From the NCBI GenBank assembly GCA_965287045.1, contig OZ336882.1:6820001-6884000 (forward strand): a stretch of 64,000 bases of DNA. Reading direction: 5' to 3'. The position numbers and the translations under genes are program-made. Origin of the DNA: Carcharhinus amblyrhynchos (lineage: Eukaryota). The stretch's first letter is position 1. Every line of letters starts with the position of its first letter. Below are positions 57,690-64,000 of the stretch, piece by piece. The notes beneath the pieces are model-generated. The model was not told where the DNA came from and searched no databases. It was given only the letters and a program-made list of their open reading frames with translations.

Positions 57690-59370
57690 TTCAATTCAAT
57701 CGTGGGGTGTTAGAGTCGCAGAAAAGTAAGAATTTAGTGCTCATTCCCATTATTCTTGACAAGGTGGAGGTGAGCTGCATTCTTGAATCGGTGCACTCCA
57801 GTTGCTGTCTGTAGACCTACAGTTCAGTTCGGAAGGAGTTTCCAGCATTTTGACCCAACTGACAGTGAAGGAACATAAATATGTCTCCGCTCAGAGTGGA
57901 ATGTAGGGCGAATGGAATCTTAAAGAAGGTGGTGTTCCCATGCGTTTATTGCCCTTATACTGGTACTGGTACTCTTACTGGTAGAGGTACAGATTTTGAA
58001 AACAGATTTAGAAAGTTGTTGAGCTGCTCCTTGTAAAGTTGCAGGATCTAATGTCTGCTTCTGGTAGAAAAATGGATGTTTCTGGGAAGGATACAAGATC
58101 TGGGAAGGAATCGATCACAGATTGACATGGAAACAGATAATGGTGGATAAACACTGCAGCTTTTGCAGCATCTGTGGAGAGAAATGTCAATAAAATACAA
58201 AAAAAGGAGGTTCAGACAGAGGGAAAAGTTCACAGTCTAAAGTTGCTGAACTCAGTGTTGCATCCATAAGGAAGCAACATGCCCAATCTGAAGATGGGGT
58301 CGTGTTCTTCACTTTGTGTTGACTTTCACTCGACCATTGCAGCGTGTCTTGGACAGACATGTGGTTATAAGAGCAAGATGGTGAGTAGAAGTGGCAAGTG
58401 ACCAGAAGGTTAGGGCCATCTTTTTAAATGAACTATCAGTGTTCCACAAAGCAGTCACCCAGTCGACACAGACTATGCCAGTTTATGGCACAATATCAAG
58501 GTGGCAGTTCGTGTTGTTATAGCTGGATAGGAGCACGCCATTTTCTAAACTAGGGATTTGAATGTCAAAATGCCTAGACATTCCTTCATGATAAGCATTC
58601 ATTATTCATTGGATCCATTCATTGGAGAGGTGATATCACAGCTTCATAAGTACATCAATAGTTCTTAAAGTGGTGCATGAATGCCAAATTGCCCAGTCGC
58701 TGGGAACTGCATCATGCTGAAACTCTAGACTGTTGCTGCAAATGCACTCATGCAGGTGAAGGAGACTATTCCATTACATTCGTGAGTTGAACCCTATAGC
58801 TGGGAGCAGGCATTGGAGAGTCCAGATTGGAGTTCCTTTGTGCAGAATTCCAATTCTTTGACATGGTCTTGCAGCTTTAAGCTTTAGTTAGCCAGTTCAG
58901 TTAAGTTTCTGGCCAATTTTAACACCAACAGTGTTGATGGTTGGGGGTTCAGCGATAGTAATGCCATTGAATGCAGAAAAGAGATGGTTCGGTTTTCTCT
59001 TTTCGCAGATCGTTATTGCCTGGCTATTTAGTGAACGGGATGCTATTTGTCACTGTTCAGCCCAATTATAAATGTTGTATACTTAATGTTGCATATGGAA
59101 ACAGCATATTTCGGTGTCTGGAGAGTCAGGAACAGTACTGAACACGTATAACCTTCAACAAACATCCGATAAATTGCGATAAAATTTCGGAAGGTAATTG
59201 ATGAAGCAACGGAAGATGATTCGGCCCAGAACAAACCCGTAATTAACACCTGCAGTAATTTCCTGGTCCTGAGTTGATTGGTTTCTAATAACCAGAACTG
59301 TCTTCCTTTGTGTTCGGTATTACTCCAACTGTGAAGTGCTTTCCACTTGTTTCCTATTGGCATTCGCCTG
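57690..59370 (-). mobile_element. CR1/L2-superfamily LINE 3' part (decayed, interrupted)
   Basis: AAGGTGGAGGTGAGCTGCATTCTTGAA, CCAGCATTTTGACCCAACTGACAGTGAAGGAAC and TGTTGATGGTTGGGGGTTCAGCGATAGTAATGCCATTGAATG are shared with the 6560 and 36960 fragments. Confidence 0.65.
58130..58466 (-). mobile_element. Penelope-like element GIY-YIG endonuclease C-terminal fragment
   Basis: The minus strand reads RLGDCFVEH...LVTCHF...HMSV...LQ..SESQHK...(H)LQIG..., a degenerate form of the Penelope RLGDRFAEH...PVA.HF...EQHLIFRLG...GLN.EF ending. Confidence 0.7.
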
Positions 59371-59419
59371 GCTTCCAGGGCAAACCTCCAAACACAACAA
59401 TGTGATCATGATCAATTAA

Positions 59420-59645
59420 CTACTTGTCTGGTGTTAGTGGAGGAATATATATTGGAAGGACACCAAGGATAACTCCACTGGACCTCTTCGAAATATGGCC
59501 TGGAAATCTTTAACAGCCACCTGAGATGGAAGCTGGGACAGTGGTTTGATGTCCCACATTAATGTGAACATATCACACACTGTAGTGCTCTCAATACCAC
59601 ATTATGTGGTAATCCTTGATTTTGAGTTTATGTCCTGGAGTTGAA
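59420..59645 (-). mobile_element. Deu-domain SINE (SacSINE1-like) remnant
   Basis: TATTGGAAGGACACCAAGGATAACTCC...CTCTTCGAAATATGGCCTGGAAATCTTTAACAGCCACCTGAG matches the reverse-complement Deu domain as recalled. Confidence 0.6.
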
Positions 59646-59909
59646 ATTGCCCTGTGTCAGTGGTGCATATTTTACATAGTTTAACATTCCAATTCACCAA
59701 ACTCGGACATTTAACTTGCTAAAAAGTAAAGTTTCACCTAATTTGTTCTTGGTGTACTTGGGGGTCTGCGTTTTTGTGACAATCAGAACTGTCTTAACTC
59801 GAGTAACATCAGCGCAGATCTGGCTTTTGGGAAACCTAAGGCATTCGTCTAATTGGACTACAGCCATTTTGACATGGGGTGCAGATGGGATTTTGTGAAA
59901 GATTTTGAT

Positions 59910-62050
59910 GCAGTGTTAAGGCCCCAACATTGAACCCTGCAGCTTGGTACATATTGACAATCTGAAAATCATACATTTAAGCCACTTTGTTAACCAGACG
60001 AGCTTTAGTCCACGCAAATATGTTGCCTCTCCACCATGAGCATTTGTTTTCCACGATTAGCGTGGCGCGGTGGCACAGTGGTTAGGACAGCTGCCTCACA
60101 GCACCGTTTGATTCCCGGCTTCAGTCAGTCTCTGTGCGGAGTGTGCACGTTTTTCCCCTATCTGTGTGGGTTTCGTCTGGGTGCTCCAGTTTCCTCCTAT
60201 AGTCTGGCCTGGTTAGGTGTGTTGGCCGTGCTAATTCTCCCTCGGTGTACCAAAATAAGCGCCAGAGTTTGGCGACCAGGAAGTTTTCACAGTAACTTCA
60301 TTGCAGTAGCAATATAAGCCTATGTATAACTGAAAGTAAACTTTAACTTTATTCTTTGATGTGGCACTATTTCATTTGTTTTTCTGGAAATCTAGGCACA
60401 TATAATCACTGGGTCTCTTTTATTTTCAGCAGATGTTACTTCCACAAATAATTCCGATAATTTGATTCAATATGATTTCCTCTGCACAAACCCATTTGAA
60501 TCCATTTCATTATCTTGAAGAGTTCTAAGCATCCTACTGTAACATCATTAATAATAGCTTCCAATATCTTCCCTTTGACTGACCTACAGCCAATTAGTCT
60601 CCAGATCCCTGCTTTCTGCCATCTTCATTTTGTGAATTCAGGAGTTTACATAAGTTATTTTCGAATCTAAAGGAACATTGACCAAATCTAAGTAATTGTC
60701 GAAAATTACAACCAATGCATCAACTATCTCATTCGTTGTTTTTTCTATGATGAAATTCATCTTGAACTGGGGATTTGTTAGGCCGCAGCTCCAAAATTTC
60801 CTCAGTACAAATTCCTTGGTCGTTGTAATCTTTTTGAGCTTCTCTCTCCTTTCCATTTCCTGATTTACAACGAATTCTGAGATGTTACTTTTATTCTCTT
60901 TAGTGAAGGCTGGTGCAAAACATCTGTTCAATTCCTCGTCCATCTCATTTTCCATTATTAATTACCCAGCCTCTTATTAAAAGGGCCCAAAGAATAATTT
61001 CTCAATGATTTACTTTGAGAAAAAAAATATATATACTGAAATTCATACTCTACTTTTATATTTCTATCTACCTCCTCCGGTGCTCTAATTTGTCCTGCCT
61101 TGTTAACTTTTTAATAATTATTTGGTCTCTTTAATACTCTGTGCCATCTTCTGACTTACCACCTAACATTGCACAAGCATTTACCTGTTCTTTTAGTTGA
61201 TGATATCTTTAGCTTCGTTGGCTAAAAAGGAATGGTCGTTCCTCTCCTTAAATTTTTATTTCTCCGTGGAATCTATCTATTCTACATTTTCCAAAATGCT
61301 ACCTTAACAGCTGATCGCAGCATCTCTATTGACCTATCCGGTAATAGAATTAGCAAGATTAATTTAGCTGCCGCTGTTTATATGCCTGCGTAATTGTCCA
61401 TATTTAAGTTTAAAATTCTAGCCTTGCGTCCACTTTTCTCTCTCTCCACCTTAACGTCAGGACTGAACCAAAACACGAAAGTTGGTGTCTTAGGGCGCCT
61501 TTACTATGAGGTAAGTCATTCACTCTATTTTGTTATACATCACTAGGGCTTGTATAGCCTGTTATTTGGTTGTATGCAAAATGTGCTGCCCTAAAAATTA
61601 TCCAAAAGTCATTCTATGATCTCATCCAGGCTATCTTGGGTTATCTGTTTTGTTATTCCAATCTATATGTAAAATTAGTTCCCCCACAGTTGCCTTACCT
61701 TTCTGACAAACCCTCACGACTTCTTGTATATATTGCGTCTTCTCGTGTTGTTAAGGGGGCTGTACAGCACTCCCATGACGGAATTTCTGTCTTTACCATT
61801 CCTCATTTTACCCAAACTGCCTCCAAATCCTGATTACTTAAAATTAATATACCCTTCTCTGTTGTGTGAATACAATCATTATTTAACATAACCAGCCCTC
61901 TACATTTTTCTGGCTTTGTTTCCCTACTGCCATGTATCTTTCCATAGTCAGGGCCAAACTATGTCATTCTCCTGCCATGTGTCTCATGATTATTAGGTCA
62001 CATTCTTTTCTACTTGTGGTACCAGTTCATATATGCTGTGTTGATTGTTG
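59910..62050 (-). mobile_element. Decayed CR1 LINE (APE to RT)
   Basis: Peptide EMDEELNRCFAPAFTKE...NEIVDALVVIFDNYLDLVNVPLDSKI parallels the intact CR1 ORF. Confidence 0.75.
60060..60350 (+). mobile_element. V-SINE with non-CR1 3' tail nested in CR1
   Basis: GGTGGCACAGTGGTTAGGACAGCTGCCTCACAGC head, V-domain, and tail TTCACAGTAACTTCATTGCAGT...TAAGCCTA...TAAACTTT. Confidence 0.82.
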
Positions 62051-62907
62051 CGTGCAGTGAGATACTGTATATTTATCCTTTTATATTTTTTGTAAGCATT
62101 GGCTTTATCTGTTGATTTACTGTTGCATTTTCTATCCATCGTGCCAATCTTATTTATCATTTCCTATATTGATATATTTCTCACTCCCCTTGTCACTACG
62201 CTTTAATTTAGCAGATCCTTCCAAATTTGATCCCTCAAATTCTTAAACGCAGACATTTAGGTCAATGGTACTTTCTTGGTTTTTCACCCCAGTAAGAGGG
62301 ACATGTTTTGAGTTCAGGAAAATTTCGCACCTAGATACTTTATGTAACATTCTTATATATGATTATAAGCATTGAAATTTAGGTGTTGAGACTGATTCTT
62401 GAACATGCGTCATTGTGCATAACTCATTCACGCTTTTTGGACGGTCTCTCAAAAATGAAGATCTCGCAAATGGAAGCAGCATCATACCTTACAGCTGTTA
62501 AAAATCAATTGCGTTAGTGTTAATTCGAGAGGGAAAACAATTAATTAAATACAAACGTTTCTTTCTATGGTATCTCTGACAACATTTAGGAAGGTGAACG
62601 TTTAGATATTCCACGTGTTACCAAAAACAAAATAAACCGACTACATGATGATAAACACAGTTCTTCATCTTTTAGCTTGGTTAGAGTAAGGAAACCTGTT
62701 CTCTCTGAACTTTATGTGCCGTCTAACATTTAAGGAACTAAATCAAAATTTGCAATACCTTTGTCATCAGCATCTGGACATTTTTGCCTCATTGATATTA
62801 ATCTTGATATTGCCATTCAAGGATACCAGCATTAATTTTTACCTGAATAAAAGTATTGAGATTTGCTCCTTAACATATCCTCAAAAAATGAAAACCGGTG
62901 GGCAGAA

Positions 62908-63577
62908 GTTGCTCTTTATCTCGAGGGGGATAGAATATAAAAGCAGGGAGGTCTTGCTGCAACTGTACAAGGCACTGGTGAGGCCTCAACTAGAGTACTG
63001 TGTGCAGTTTTGGTCCCCTTATTTGCGAAAGGATATATTGGCCTTGGAGGGAGTACAGAGACGGTTCACCAGGCTGATACCGGAGATGAGGGTGTTAGCT
63101 TATGAAGAGAGATTAAATAGACTGGACCTGTACTCGTTGGAGTTTAGAAGGCTGAGGGGGGATCTTATAGAGACTTACAAGATAATGAAGGGGCTAAACA
63201 GGTAGAGAGATTCTTTCCGCTTAGAGAGAAAAACAGAACTAGAGGGCACAGCCTCAAAATAAGGGGGGGGGGGAGCAGTTTAGAACGGAGTTGAGGAGGA
63301 GCTTCTTCACTCAATGGCTGGTGAATCTTTAGAATTCTGTGCCCATTGAAGTGGTGGAGGGATATGTTTAAGATGGAGGGATTGTTGAATATGTTTAAGT
63401 CACGGGTAGATGGATTTCTGATAGACAAGGGAATTAAGGGTTATGGGGAGAAAGTGGGAAAGTGGAACTGATCCACTGCAGATCAGCCATGATCTTATTG
63501 AATGGCGGGGCAGCCTCGAAGGGCTAGATGGCTTACTCCTGCTCCTATTTCTTATGTTCTTATGTTCTTATGTTCTT
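62908..63577 (+). mobile_element. Young 5'-truncated CR1 (HER1-like) LINE
   Basis: RGIEYKSREVLLQLYKALVRPQLEYCVQFWSPYLRKD. The 3' end is nearly identical to the 48798 element, with a (TGTTCTTA)3 tail. Confidence 0.93.
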
Positions 63578-64000
63578 AAACTAAGTAAGGTGAATAATTT
63601 GAAAAGGACACCAGATGGACAGGAGACGCACAGAGTCTCTCATGTTAATGTGTGCAAATGTTATTTTGAAAGGGAAGCAAAACAGAAAGGGAATGTGTTA
63701 ATTACTACAACTAGGTGTGAAGAAACAGATCAAGATTATTCTGAATTTGACATTCTGCAAATTAGATTTGGCAATGAGGAAGTAATCAGTATTTGGGATA
63801 AATTACTGAGTTACTTTCCAGAAGAAGATTGAAATAACCTGGAAGAGTTATTGTAATCCCATAGTACTGCATCTAGGAATTAACTGGGAAGGATCGAAGT
63901 AATTGTTCATGATGTAGATGTAGGAAATGCTGTTCCCATTAAGCAACTTCCGCATAGGCTGAATCTACTAAAGTTGGCACAGGTTCAAAAGGGGTTGAAC
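63578..64000 (+). mobile_element. Gypsy-type LTR retrotransposon fragment, Gmr1-like (integrase C-terminus followed by RT N-terminus)
   Basis: KLSKVNNLKRTPDGQETHRVSHVNVCKCY (integrase GPY/F-region end, ..HVN.LK.Y) is followed in frame, through stops, by HDVDVGNAVPIKQLPHRLNLLKLAQVQK (RT start, H.I......PIKQ.PYR). Confidence 0.72.

Noticed and set aside
2200-64000. Strand bias of TEs against Pcdh transcription
   Set aside because: Several long LINEs are on +, but many fragments are on -. The counts are too small and mixed to claim a bias.

Overview
Eukaryotic DNA from a cartilaginous fish, probably a shark (HE1/V-SINEs, HER1-type CR1 LINEs, Deu-domain SINEs). The window is the interior of a clustered protocadherin locus. 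Five large single-exon protocadherin units lie in tandem on the minus strand: 1-1815 (partial), 16177-18579, 21757-24153, 38287-40680 and 53630-56023. Each has its own promoter carrying an invariant 21-bp CGCT-box/CSE element (CTCF-type). The intergenic space is filled with mostly decayed retroelements: CR1, RTE, Rex-Babar, L2, Penelope, Gypsy including a Gmr1-type fragment, and several SINE families. One young CR1 retains an intact RT frame. Main observations: (i) a rigid ~85-bp promoter module with near-invariant spacing to the ATG (253/253/218/253/257 bp); (ii) a CpG-rich exonic palindrome 692-693 bp from the CSE in four of five genes; (iii) candidate splice donors 28-50 nt after the stop codon in all four complete genes, suggesting splicing to non-coding constant exons; (iv) two apparent locally templated insertions inside CR1 elements. 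All family assignments come from motif recognition by eye. No database search was run, and TE boundaries are approximate.
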